Source: Deltaproteobacteria bacterium
GTDB lineage: Bacteria; Desulfobacterota; Binatia; UBA9968
Direction of reading: 5' to 3'
Assembly: GCA_016874755.1 (NCBI GenBank)
Contig: VGTH01000022.1
Location: forward strand, 19,421 to 83,420
Length of the DNA stretch: 64,000 nucleotides
Below, one piece after another: positions 48,547-58,079 of the stretch. How positions within the stretch are numbered: the stretch's first letter is position 1; each line of letters starts with the position of its first letter. The translations under genes and the position numbers were made by a program. Below the pieces are notes generated by a model that searched no databases, was not told the origin of the DNA, and saw nothing but the letters and a program-made list of their open reading frames with translations.

Positions 48547-50265
48547 ATGCCGACCATTGAGCAGTTATTGGAAGAGAAAGTCTCAGCCGCGCTGAGCGCC
48601 GCCTGTGGCGCGCCGACGGCGGCGCAAGTCAGTGCCACCGGCGATCCGCAGCGCGGCGATTACTCGGCGAGCGGTGTCATGGCGGCGGCCAAGGCGCACA
48701 AGATGAATCCGCGCCAATTGGCGCAGGATGCTTTGGCGCACTTGAACCCTAGCGACGTGCCCGCCAGCTGGGAAGTCGCCGGTCCGGGCTTCATCAATTT
48801 GCGCCTGCATGCCGAGTGGCTCGCCAAGGCGATTCTAACCGCGGCGCTCGATCAGCGTTTAGGCGTTGAAACTGTCGCCAAACCCGAAACCATCGTCGTC
48901 GACTACAGCGCGCCGAATATTGCCAAGCCGATGCATGTCGGCCATATCCGCTCGACCATCATCGGCGCCGCCTTGGCGCGCGTGCTGCGCTTTCTCGGTC
49001 ACCGAGTCATCACCGACAACCATGTTGGGGACTGGGGCACGCAGTTTGGCATGTTGATCGTTGGCTATCGCACGCTCCTCGACAAAGCGGCCTTCGAACG
49101 CGATCCGCTGGCGGAAATGGAGCGTATCTACAAAGCGATCCAGGCCAAGACTAAAACCGAGCCCGCGATTGCCGCACAGGCGCGCGAGGAGTTGGCCAAA
49201 CTACAAAAGGGCGACCCCGACAACACCCTTCTGTGGCAGGAGTTCATGGCCGTGTCACGCCAAGCTTTCGAACGGGTTTACTCGCGCCTCAAGGTCACGT
49301 TCGACCACTGGCTCGGTGAGAGTTTTTACAACCCGCAGCTCGCCAACGTCGTTCAAGAGTTGCTCGACAAGGGGCTGGCGAAACCGAGCGAAGGGGCGAT
49401 CTGCGTTTTTTACGAAGACCAACCCGAGCTCGCCGGCACACCGTTCTTGATTCAGAAGCAGGACGGCGCTTTTCTCTACGCCACCACCGATCTGGCGACG
49501 CTCAAATATCGCGCCGAAACTTTTCACGCCGACCGGGTGATCTACGTCGTCGACAATCGCCAGCAGCTCCATTTTAAGCAGCTCTTCAGCGCGGCGCGCC
49601 GCTGGGGATTGAAAATGTCGATGGAACACGTCGGCTTCGGCACCATCTTGGGCGACGACGGCAAGCCGATCAAAACCCGCGAGGGCGAGCCGATCAAGCT
49701 CGAAGCGCTGCTCGACGAAGCCGAAGAACGTGCTCAGGCGATCGCCCGCAGCAAGAACCCGGACTTACTGGAAGCCGATCTGGCGCGCATCGCCCACGTC
49801 GTCGGCATGGGCGCGGTGAAATACGCCGACCTGATGCAAAACCGCACCACCGACTATCGCTTTAGCTGGGACAAGATGCTCGCCCTCGACGGCAACACCG
49901 GGCCCTATCTGCAATATGTCTACGCGCGCATCCGCTCAGTCTTTCGCCGCGGCGAGCTGGAGACCTGGCAGCCGTCCGGCGACATGAAAATCCAGCTGCG
50001 TGAACCGCAGGAGTTGGACCTGGCCAAGCAGATGATCCGCCTGGGCGACACCTTGCTTGGCGTCGAGCGCACGCTCAGGCCACATCTGCTGGCGAGCTAT
50101 CTCTACGACCTGGCGACCCGATTCAATATCTTTTATCAATCGCAGCCCGTCCTCAAAGCGGACGACGAGATCCGCCCGACCCGGCTGCTGCTCTGTTACC
50201 TCACCGCCCGATACATCAAAGCTGGCCTCGACCTGCTCGGCATCGACACCCTTGAAACGATGTGA
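48547..50265 (+). CDS. argS: Arginine--tRNA ligase
   Basis: PNIAKPMHVGHIRS HIGH motif, anticodon-binding DALR C-terminus. The ATG at 48547 gives about 572 aa; the upstream part of the track ORF is probably untranslated. Confidence 0.95.
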   Translation: MPTIEQLLEEKVSAALSAACGAPTAAQVSATGDPQRGDYSASGVMAAAKAHKMNPRQLAQDALAHLNPSDVPASWEVAGPGFINLRLHAEWLAKAILTAALDQRLGVETVAKPETIVVDYSAPNIAKPMHVGHIRSTIIGAALARVLRFLGHRVITDNHVGDWGTQFGMLIVGYRTLLDKAAFERDPLAEMERIYKAIQAKTKTEPAIAAQAREELAKLQKGDPDNTLLWQEFMAVSRQAFERVYSRLKVTFDHWLGESFYNPQLANVVQELLDKGLAKPSEGAICVFYEDQPELAGTPFLIQKQDGAFLYATTDLATLKYRAETFHADRVIYVVDNRQQLHFKQLFSAARRWGLKMSMEHVGFGTILGDDGKPIKTREGEPIKLEALLDEAEERAQAIARSKNPDLLEADLARIAHVVGMGAVKYADLMQNRTTDYRFSWDKMLALDGNTGPYLQYVYARIRSVFRRGELETWQPSGDMKIQLREPQELDLAKQMIRLGDTLLGVERTLRPHLLASYLYDLATRFNIFYQSQPVLKADDEIRPTRLLLCYLTARYIKAGLDLLGIDTLETM

Positions 50266-50372
50266 CCTGCCTCAATTCGTGAGTGCCTGCCAGATTGCTT
50301 TTTGCTCTACCCTGCATTAAGCTTTATTTCTGTTTTTCGCAGATTTGCCACTAACAAATTAACTAAATCTTG

Positions 50373-51149
50373 ATGATCTACGGGCTCAAGCTGATGTTCT
50401 TTGCAGCGGTCACGATTGTGTTGGCGTTAACGACCATCACGATCGGGCTGTTCGAGCGCCATGGCAAGGTCGCCTATCGCGTCAATCGTTTTTGGACCTG
50501 GATCATTCTATGGGCCGGCGGCGTGTCGCTCAAAGTCCGAGGGCTGGAGCATATCGACCCGCGCCAACCATATATTTTCATGGTCAATCATCAGAGCAAC
50601 GTCGACATCCCGGTGCTGGTGCAAAGCTTGCCGCAGTTTCAGCTGCGCTGGGTCGCCAAAAAAGAACTACTAAAGGTGCCCTTCTTCGGTTGGGCCATGT
50701 GGGCGACCAAACACGTAACGGTGGATCGCAACGATCCGCAGGGCGCGGTGCGCAGCTTGAAAGTAGCCCAGGAACGAATGGCCGCCGGCATCTCGATTGT
50801 GGTTTTCCCCGAAGGCACGCGCAGCCGCGACGGCAAGCTGCAGCGCTTCAAGAAAGGCGGCTTTTTGTTGGCGGCCCAGGCGGGTAAGCCGATCGTGCCG
50901 GTGACGATCAACGGCAGCGGACGGCTGCTGCCCTCCGGCGCGTTCCAGCTCCGCCCCGGAACCATCGAAGTAACCGTGGATAAACCGGTGTCGGTGGTAG
51001 GTTTTCGCGCCGGCAACCTGCGCCTGCTGTCGAACCAGGTGCGCGACACGATCCAGTCGCATCTCAACGGCAGAGACGCGAACACCACCGCCAATCGGCG
51101 CGAACAAGGCGATCTGGCCGCAATGCCGCTGGAGAAACCGACAACTTAA
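50373..51149 (+). CDS. plsC: 1-acyl-sn-glycerol-3-phosphate acyltransferase
   Basis: NHQSNVD (HX4D) and FPEGTRS acyltransferase motifs. N-terminal TM helix. Confidence 0.85.
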   Translation: MIYGLKLMFFAAVTIVLALTTITIGLFERHGKVAYRVNRFWTWIILWAGGVSLKVRGLEHIDPRQPYIFMVNHQSNVDIPVLVQSLPQFQLRWVAKKELLKVPFFGWAMWATKHVTVDRNDPQGAVRSLKVAQERMAAGISIVVFPEGTRSRDGKLQRFKKGGFLLAAQAGKPIVPVTINGSGRLLPSGAFQLRPGTIEVTVDKPVSVVGFRAGNLRLLSNQVRDTIQSHLNGRDANTTANRREQGDLAAMPLEKPTT

Positions 51150-51154
51150 TTATT

Positions 51155-52810
51155 ATGGAACCGATCCGAATCATCCCCCTCGGCGGCCTGGGCGAGTTTG
51201 GCCTCAACATGATGTTGGTCGAGTATGGCGACGACGCCATCGCCATCGATTGCGGCCTGATGTTTCCCGGCGCCGATCTTTTGGGCATCGACCTGGTCAT
51301 CCCCGACATCGGCTACCTGCTCGAACAGCGCGACAAGCTCAAAGCGATCATTTTGACCCACGCCCACGAAGACCACGTCGGCGCCCTGCCCTACGTTTTG
51401 AAGCATTTTGACGTGCCGATCTACGGCTCGCGTCTGACGCTGGGTTTACTAGCTAACAAACTCAAAGAACACGACCTCGAAGACGGCGCCGATATCCACG
51501 AAATCACCGCCGGCGAACCCTGGGCCGTCGGCCCGTTCAAGATCGAAGGCATCCGCGTCACCCACAGTCTGGTCGATTGCCTGGCGCTCGCCATCGAAAC
51601 CCCGGCCGGCGTCATTATTCACACCGGCGATTTCAAAATCGACAACACGCCCATGGAAGGCGAAATGTTCGACTTCCAGCGCTTTGCCGCCTACGGCGAA
51701 AAGGGCGTGCTCTTATTGCTGTCGGATTCGACCAACGTCGAGCGGCGCGGCCACACGCCATCGGAGCGCGAGGTCGCCAGCAATTTAGAACAGATCATCG
51801 CCGGCAGCACCGGCAAAGTGCTGGTCTCGACTTTTTCGTCGAGCATCCCGCGCATTCAGCAAGTGATGGAAATTTCCGAGCGCTGCGATCGGCGCGTGGT
51901 CTTGAGCGGCCGGAGCATGATTCGCAACTGCCAGGTGGCCAGCGATCTCGGCTATCTCCACCTGCCGCGCGGCATCATGAACGACAGCGAGCGCTGGTCG
52001 GATTTGCCGCCGGACCGCGTAACTCTATTGACCACCGGCAGCCAGGGCGAACCCTTGTCCGTTTTGCACCGGGTTGCGCTGGACGATCACAAGACCATCA
52101 AAGTCACGAGCGGCGATACAGTAATATTGTCGTCGAAGTTTATTCCCGGCAACGAAAAGACCATTTCCAACATGATCAACCACCTCTACCGGCGGGGCGC
52201 CGAGGTGCACTACGAAAAGGTTTCCGAGATCCATGTTTCCGGCCATGCCAGCCAAGAAGAGTTGAAGATCATGCTGCAGTTGACCCGGCCGCGCTACTTC
52301 GTGCCGATCCACGGCGAGTACCGCCATCTGTGCAAGCATCGCCAGCTCGCCCAGGACGTCGGTGTGCCGGTGGAAAACTGCTTCATCCTTGAAGACGGCG
52401 ACGTGTTGGAAATTGACAAACACCGCGCCGCAAAGACCAAGCCCATACAAGTGGGCCGGGTTTTCGTCGACGGCAACAGCGTCGGCGACGTCGGCGACAT
52501 CGTCATCCGCGACCGCCGCCATTTATCGGAAGACGGCATGGTGCTAGCGGTCATGGCGATCCATCAACAGACCGGCGAGCTGGTCGCCGGGCCGGACCTG
52601 ATTTCGCGCGGCTTCATGAGCCCGGAAGAGAGCGAAGAAGTGCTGGAGCAGGCGCGCAAAGCCGTGCTGGAAACGTTGAACGGGCTAAACAAAGAAAGCC
52701 GCACCGACCCGGCCGAGCTGCAAGAAGAAGTGCGCAAGACGCTGCGGCGCTATTTCCGCAAGAAACTGGAACGGCGGCCCGTGGTGCTGCCTTATATCAT
52801 CGAAACGTGA
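51155..52810 (+). CDS. rnj: Ribonuclease J
   Basis: IPLGGLGEFGLNMMLVEYGDDAIAIDCG...HAHEDHVGALPY beta-lactamase/beta-CASP fold. 551 aa. Confidence 0.9.
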   Translation: MEPIRIIPLGGLGEFGLNMMLVEYGDDAIAIDCGLMFPGADLLGIDLVIPDIGYLLEQRDKLKAIILTHAHEDHVGALPYVLKHFDVPIYGSRLTLGLLANKLKEHDLEDGADIHEITAGEPWAVGPFKIEGIRVTHSLVDCLALAIETPAGVIIHTGDFKIDNTPMEGEMFDFQRFAAYGEKGVLLLLSDSTNVERRGHTPSEREVASNLEQIIAGSTGKVLVSTFSSSIPRIQQVMEISERCDRRVVLSGRSMIRNCQVASDLGYLHLPRGIMNDSERWSDLPPDRVTLLTTGSQGEPLSVLHRVALDDHKTIKVTSGDTVILSSKFIPGNEKTISNMINHLYRRGAEVHYEKVSEIHVSGHASQEELKIMLQLTRPRYFVPIHGEYRHLCKHRQLAQDVGVPVENCFILEDGDVLEIDKHRAAKTKPIQVGRVFVDGNSVGDVGDIVIRDRRHLSEDGMVLAVMAIHQQTGELVAGPDLISRGFMSPEESEEVLEQARKAVLETLNGLNKESRTDPAELQEEVRKTLRRYFRKKLERRPVVLPYIIET

Positions 52811-52836
52811 GCGTGGCAGAAGAGCAAAAAACGGTT

Positions 52837-52933
52837 CACCACCAAGACACCAAGGACACGAAGTTTGGCACCAGAAGTTTTTTGAAACTTTTTTCTTTTC
52901 TTCCCTTCGTGCTCTTCGTGCCGCTTCGTGGTG
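52837..52933. repeat. CGAAGG-family inverted repeat between rnj and ftsK
   Basis: Arm caccaccaagacaccaaggacacgaag and arm cttcgtgctcttcgtgccgcttcgtggtg flank a T-rich spacer. Same motif family as 19531-19567. Confidence 0.5.
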
Positions 52934-52952
52934 AAATTGGATTGAAGTGATC

Positions 52953-55211
52953 ATGGAAAAAGGACGTTTAACTCGCGAAATCTGGGGCGTGGTGCTGTTT
53001 CTCACAGTGCTGCTCATCACCATTAGCCTCCTGTCGTTCGACGTCAAGGACCGCTCGTTCAACACCCCGTCGGGCTTGGTGCAGACCCATAATTGGGGCG
53101 GTTTTTTGGGCGCCTACCTCGCCGATATGCTGCTCCAAGGCTTCGGCCTGTCGTCGTTTTTGTTTCCGGTGTTTGGCGCCATGATCGCTTTTCAGCTCTT
53201 TCGCGCCCAGTTTAAAGGCATCTCGTGGCTCAAGACTTTGGGCTACGGGGTGTTTTTTCTCAGCGTAGCGGTGACGATCAGCATTTTCATCGATGCCGAA
53301 AACGCCCGCGAAGCCGGCGGCATTGTCGGCGGCTTTTTCAAAGAAGCGATTCTGGTGCCTTGGTTCGGCCGCATCAGCGCGACGTTGATTACGCTTGCGG
53401 CGCTGTTGCTCTCGCTCATGCTGCTGACGCAGAACTCTTTGGCGGACCTGTTCGATCGCACCTCGAAAAATATTCTCCAGCTGCGCAAATCGGTGCTGCC
53501 GGCGGTCGGCGAAAAAATCAAAGACCTCAAAGAGAAACAGGAAAAGCGCAAAGCCGAAACCTCCAAAGAGAACGCCAAGAAAGAACGGCCCGATTACACA
53601 CCGCCGCAGATCGTCGTCAAAGATGAGCTGCGCGACGAGCCGGGCAAGAAAGCGCCGAAAAAGAGCGCCGTGCCGCCCGAGCAATTCAAGCTGCCGGTCA
53701 TCAGCGAAGAAGGCTACAAAGTGCCGCCGCCGGAGCTGCTCGACATGCCCGAAGAGCAGCCGTCTAAAATTGACAAAGAAACGCTGCAAGCCAACTCGAT
53801 CATTCTGCAAAAAAAGCTCGCCGACTTTGGCGTCGAGGGCGAAGTGGTGGCGGTGCGCCCCGGGCCGGTCATCACCATGTACGAGTTCAAGCCCGCACCG
53901 GGTGTCAAAGTCCGGCGCATCGTCATGTTGGCCGACGACCTGGCGATGGCGCTGCGCGCCGTCAGCGTGCGCATTTTGGCGCCGATTCCCGGCGAATCGG
54001 TGGTCGGCATCGAGATTCCCAACCCGCGCCGCGAAACGGTCTATCTGCGCGAGATGATCGAGGGCGAGGCCTATCAAGCCTCCGAATCGAAGATAACCTT
54101 GGCGTTAGGCAAGGACATCGGCGGCACCCCCTTCGCCGCCGATCTGGCGCGCATGCCGCATCTGCTGGTCGCCGGCGCCACCGGCACCGGTAAATCGGTG
54201 TCGATCAACGCGATGATTTTGAGCATCCTTTTCAAATCGTCGCCTTCGGACGTCAAATTCATCATGGTCGACCCCAAGATGCTCGAGTTGACGGTTTATG
54301 AAGATATTCCGCATTTGCTCGTGCCGGTGGTCACCGATCCCAAAAAGGCCGCCGCGGCGCTGTTCTGGGCGATGGATGAAATGGACCGCCGCTATCGTCT
54401 AATGAGAGACAAGGGCGTGCGCAACATCGACAGCTACAACAAGAGTTCGGAAAAGGAGAACGCCGGTCGGAGCCCGACGGTCAGCGCGCAAGAAGGACCA
54501 TCGGGCGACGCCGCGGAGCTCGGCGGCGACTTGAGCGAAGCGGCGCCGATCGTCCATGAAAAAATGCCGCGCATCGTTATTATCGTCGACGAGCTGGCCG
54601 ACCTCATGATGACCGTCGGGCGCGACATCGAGGAGTACATCACCCGCCTGGCGCAAAAAGCGCGCGCCGCCGGCATCCATCTGATTCTCGCCACGCAGCG
54701 GCCCTCGGTCGACGTCATCACCGGTCTGATCAAGGCCAACTTTCCGGCGCGGGTTTCGTTTCAAGTCACTTCGCGCATCGATTCGCGGACGATCTTGGAT
54801 TCCATGGGCGCGGAAAAGCTTCTGGGCAACGGCGATTTGCTCTATTTGCCGCCGGGAACGGCGCGCCTGACCCGCGTCCACGGCGCCTTTGTCTCGGACC
54901 AGGAAGTGCGCCGGGTCATGAAGTTCATCAAGGCCCAGGGCCGGCCGCAGTACCGCACCGATGTCCTGCAAGCCAAAAAAGAGATGGAGGCAGCGGCGGC
55001 GGCGGACGAAGAATATGACGAGATGTACGACCAGGCAGTGGCCATCGTCACCGAAACCCAGCAAGCGTCGATCTCGATGGTCCAGCGCCGGCTGCGCGTC
55101 GGCTACAACCGCGCCGCCCGCATGATCGAACAAATGGAGCGCGACGGGGTGGTAGGCCCAGCCGACGGCGCCAAACCGCGCGAAGTCTATGCAAGAAAAA
55201 TTGAAGAATAG
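52953..55211 (+). CDS. ftsK: DNA translocase FtsK
   Basis: N-terminal TM region, Pro/Lys-rich linker, motor domain with Walker A GATGTGKS, and a C-terminal gamma winged helix. Confidence 0.9.
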   Translation: MEKGRLTREIWGVVLFLTVLLITISLLSFDVKDRSFNTPSGLVQTHNWGGFLGAYLADMLLQGFGLSSFLFPVFGAMIAFQLFRAQFKGISWLKTLGYGVFFLSVAVTISIFIDAENAREAGGIVGGFFKEAILVPWFGRISATLITLAALLLSLMLLTQNSLADLFDRTSKNILQLRKSVLPAVGEKIKDLKEKQEKRKAETSKENAKKERPDYTPPQIVVKDELRDEPGKKAPKKSAVPPEQFKLPVISEEGYKVPPPELLDMPEEQPSKIDKETLQANSIILQKKLADFGVEGEVVAVRPGPVITMYEFKPAPGVKVRRIVMLADDLAMALRAVSVRILAPIPGESVVGIEIPNPRRETVYLREMIEGEAYQASESKITLALGKDIGGTPFAADLARMPHLLVAGATGTGKSVSINAMILSILFKSSPSDVKFIMVDPKMLELTVYEDIPHLLVPVVTDPKKAAAALFWAMDEMDRRYRLMRDKGVRNIDSYNKSSEKENAGRSPTVSAQEGPSGDAAELGGDLSEAAPIVHEKMPRIVIIVDELADLMMTVGRDIEEYITRLAQKARAAGIHLILATQRPSVDVITGLIKANFPARVSFQVTSRIDSRTILDSMGAEKLLGNGDLLYLPPGTARLTRVHGAFVSDQEVRRVMKFIKAQGRPQYRTDVLQAKKEMEAAAAADEEYDEMYDQAVAIVTETQQASISMVQRRLRVGYNRAARMIEQMERDGVVGPADGAKPREVYARKIEE

Positions 55212-55917
55212 CTTTTTGGGGAAATTGCTGGCAGCGCTCCTCCTAAAATTCCCGCCTTTGAAAAAGGGGGGTCAAATCATCACGGCTGCGGTTCTCGCCG
55301 CATTCGCACTGACGGCGCAACTCCACAGCGCCGAACCGAGCGCCGATGCCATCGTCGACGCGCTGCAAAAAAACTACGACGCGACCGGCGATTTCGTCGC
55401 CGACTTCAGCCAGGAGACCGCGGTCAAAACCCTCAACCGCAGCCTCAAGGCCAGCGGCAAAATCACCTACAAACGGCCGGGCAAGATGCTCTGGCGCTAC
55501 GAAGAGCCCAAGGGCCAATTCGTCCTGGCCGACGGCAAGCATCTTTACTTCTTTCAGCCCGAGCAAAACCAGGTGATCAAAAGCCCGCTGAAGAACGCCT
55601 TTCGCGGCGACATCCCGCTGTCGTTTTTGCTCGGCTTGGGCAACTTGAAAAAAGACTTCAACGCCGCGCTCCAATCCAGTGAGGGCAATCAGTACACCCT
55701 GCGTCTGGAACCCAAGGGCGAAGCGGGCGGCTACAGCGAAATCCTCATCAGCGTCAACAAGAACAGCTTCGACATCCAATCGGTCAGCGTGCGCGACGCC
55801 GCCAGCAATGTGACGACATTGCGCTTTGCTGCGATGCAGAAGGGCACCGGCGTCAAAGATTCCCTGTTTCAATTCCAAGTTCCCGCCGGCGCCGACGTAG
55901 TGGAGCTGGGCCAGTGA
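55189..55917 (+). CDS. lolA: Outer-membrane lipoprotein carrier protein LolA-like (start uncertain)
   Basis: LolA-family motifs (ITYKRPGKMLWRYEEP...LYFFQPEQNQV). A signal-peptide-like stretch begins at the in-frame TTG at 55258. The ATG at 55189 overlaps the ftsK end. Confidence 0.6.
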   Translation: MQEKLKNSFLGKLLAALLLKFPPLKKGGQIITAAVLAAFALTAQLHSAEPSADAIVDALQKNYDATGDFVADFSQETAVKTLNRSLKASGKITYKRPGKMLWRYEEPKGQFVLADGKHLYFFQPEQNQVIKSPLKNAFRGDIPLSFLLGLGNLKKDFNAALQSSEGNQYTLRLEPKGEAGGYSEILISVNKNSFDIQSVSVRDAASNVTTLRFAAMQKGTGVKDSLFQFQVPAGADVVELGQ

Positions 55918-57266
55918 GCCAGACGCCGAAAAAACTTAGCATCGTCAGCCTGGGCTGCGCCCGCAACCTGGTCGATTCCGAGGTCATGGCCGGCTTGTTG
56001 AAGCAGCATGACTACGAAATCGTCGAGGAGCCAAGCAGCGCTGACATCGTCATGGTCAACACCTGCGGCTTCATCGGCGCTGCCAAGGAAGAGTCCATCG
56101 ACACGATATTGGAAATCTCCAAACTCAAGGATGCTGGCCAGGTAAAAAAGCTCATCGTCGCCGGCTGCCTGTCGCAGCGCTACCCGGAGGCCATGGCGAG
56201 CGAGCTGCCCGAGGTCGACCTGTTTATCGGCACCGGCGAGGTGCCGCGCATCGTCGACATCCTGCGCGAGCACGAGGCCAACCGGAGCCGGCGACAGTAT
56301 GTCGGCTTGCCCAGCTATCTCTACGACCATGCCACCCCCCGGCTGCGCACCACCGCGTCCCACACGACCTATTTAAAGGTCTCCGAAGGGTGCGACCACA
56401 AGTGTGCTTTTTGCATCATCCCCCAGCTGCGCGGCCCGTCGCGCAGCCGTTCGATCGACTCGGTAGTCGCCGAGGCACGGATGCTGAGCCAAAGCGGCGT
56501 CAAGGAAATCAACCTGATCGCCCAGGACCTGACCGCCTACGGCCGCGACCGCAAGGACGGCACGACGCTTTACGGTCTTTTGCGCGAGCTGGACCGCCTT
56601 CCCGAAGTCGTCTGGCTCCGGCTCTTGTACTCCTATCCCAATTTCCTCGACGCTCCCCTGCTCGACCTGATCCGCAACAGCGACAAGATTTGCAAGTACA
56701 TCGACATCCCGTTCCAGCACATCAGCAAGCGCTTATTGACCAAGATGCGCCGCGGCAAGAGCGGCAGCGCCGTCCGCGAAGCCATCGCCAAGCTGCGCGG
56801 CGCCATCCCCGCCCTGACACTGCGGACATCTTTGATCGTCGGCTTTCCCGGCGAGACCGAAGACGATTTCGACGAACTGTGCGATTTTGTCGAGGAAGCG
56901 GGCTTCGAGCGCCTTGGCGTTTTCAAGTATTCGGAAGAGGAAGGCACCGCAGCCGCGACAATGGGCGACAAGATAGACGAGCAGGAGAAAGAAAGGCGCT
57001 GGCAGGAAGTCATGGACCTGCAAGCGGACATTTCAAGAAAAAAAAATGAGGCCTTGATTGGCTCCATTCAGCGGGTTATGATCGACAGGATCGATTCAGA
57101 AACGGGGATGATTTGCGGGCGCACCCAAGCCCACGCTCCGGAAGTTGACGGGGTCGTGCACATCGGCCCCACTGAGAAGGAACTCGCACCCGGATCGATG
57201 CTAGACATCAGAATTACTTCCGCCCTGGACTACGACCTGATTGGTGAGCAAACCCATGGCAACTAA
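55914..57266 (+). CDS. rimO: Ribosomal protein S12 methylthiotransferase RimO (radical-SAM MiaB family)
   Basis: MTTase N-domain LGCARNLVDSEVM, radical-SAM CxxxCxxC (CDHKCAFC) and a TRAM domain. GTG start. Confidence 0.85.
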   Translation: MSQTPKKLSIVSLGCARNLVDSEVMAGLLKQHDYEIVEEPSSADIVMVNTCGFIGAAKEESIDTILEISKLKDAGQVKKLIVAGCLSQRYPEAMASELPEVDLFIGTGEVPRIVDILREHEANRSRRQYVGLPSYLYDHATPRLRTTASHTTYLKVSEGCDHKCAFCIIPQLRGPSRSRSIDSVVAEARMLSQSGVKEINLIAQDLTAYGRDRKDGTTLYGLLRELDRLPEVVWLRLLYSYPNFLDAPLLDLIRNSDKICKYIDIPFQHISKRLLTKMRRGKSGSAVREAIAKLRGAIPALTLRTSLIVGFPGETEDDFDELCDFVEEAGFERLGVFKYSEEEGTAAATMGDKIDEQEKERRWQEVMDLQADISRKKNEALIGSIQRVMIDRIDSETGMICGRTQAHAPEVDGVVHIGPTEKELAPGSMLDIRITSALDYDLIGEQTHGN

Positions 57267-57783
57267 AGTCGACCCCGAAAAAGAAAAAAAACAACGCCGC
57301 GACCTCCTAGAAAAAGAAAAAAAACAACGCCGCGACTTCCTAGAAAAAGAAAAAAAACAACGCCGCGACTTCCTAAAACAGGCCTCTCTCATGTTAAACG
57401 GCATGAAAAAGCAGCTGATGAAGGAAATGCAGGGCCGCGTCAAAGGCGAAACCGAAGGCCTCAAAGACGAGGGCCGCGACACCTACGACTTGGCCAGCGA
57501 CGAGCGCGATCGCGAAATCAATTTTATCCTAAACGACCGCGAGCGCGAGAAGCTGCTGGCCATCGACGAAGCCCTGCAGCGGATCAAAGAAAAGTCCTAC
57601 GGGATCTGTGAGAGCTGCGAAGGAGAGATTCAGCTAGGCCGCCTGAAGGTCTTACCCTTCACCCGTCTCTGCGTCAAATGCCAGGAAGAAAACGAGAAAG
57701 AAAGCAAACGGCAGAAGACCCTCGAGGATGAACGGGGTTATCGCAAGCTGGTGGTCAATGACTTCGAAGAAGAGGGGTTTTAG
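57256..57783 (+). CDS. DksA/TraR-family C4 zinc-finger protein with N-terminal 3x(EKEKKQRRDFL) tandem repeat
   Basis: CESCEGEI...CVKCQ zinc finger and the DksA-like coiled-coil region. The N-terminus is encoded by a perfect 3 x 33-bp repeat. Confidence 0.7.
   Translation: MATKVDPEKEKKQRRDLLEKEKKQRRDFLEKEKKQRRDFLKQASLMLNGMKKQLMKEMQGRVKGETEGLKDEGRDTYDLASDERDREINFILNDREREKLLAIDEALQRIKEKSYGICESCEGEIQLGRLKVLPFTRLCVKCQEENEKESKRQKTLEDERGYRKLVVNDFEEEGF
57277..57375 (+). repeat. Perfect 3 x 33-bp in-frame tandem repeat, each unit containing an A8 homopolymer
   Basis: Unit gaaaaagaaaaaaaacaacgccgcgac[c/t]tccta is repeated three times head to tail. Confidence 0.9.
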
Positions 57784-57826
57784 AACGATATTTCTGTAAC
57801 CGAGTCAAAGCGGCTATCAATAAAAA

Positions 57827-57859
57827 GGGGGCAAGGTTGTGAAACCTGCCCCCTTTTCT
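57827..57859 (+). terminator. Rho-independent terminator downstream of the DksA-like gene
   Basis: Hairpin GGGGGCAAGG ttgtgaaa CCTGCCCCC followed by TTTTCT. Confidence 0.7.
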
Positions 57860-57896
57860 ATTAAAACTATAAACCTTATTCGCCCTTGGCCGGAAC

Positions 57897-57969
57897 CTAG
57901 CCCGAATTATTCATGCGACCGGGAAAACCCATGACACTGTGTCGATCGAAGTGGAACTCTGGAGGAGCG
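57897..57969 (+). repeat. 73-bp intergenic repeat element, copy 2
   Basis: ctagcccgaattattcatgcgaccgggaaaacccatgacactgtgtcgatcgaagtggaactctggaggagcg. Confidence 0.8.
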
Positions 57970-58079
57970 ACAATCTCAGTCGCTTGGTCTCGGCATAACT
58001 CACTATTTTCACTTGTTTGAGTTTGATGTAACCTACTCAGGTACTAGGCCCTGCTGACAGAAATATGGAGACAACCACT

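Noticed and set aside
57277-57375. Possible CRISPR array (regular 33-bp repeats)
   Set aside because: The units are directly adjacent with no spacers, in frame inside a CDS, and A-rich. It is a coding tandem repeat, not a CRISPR array.
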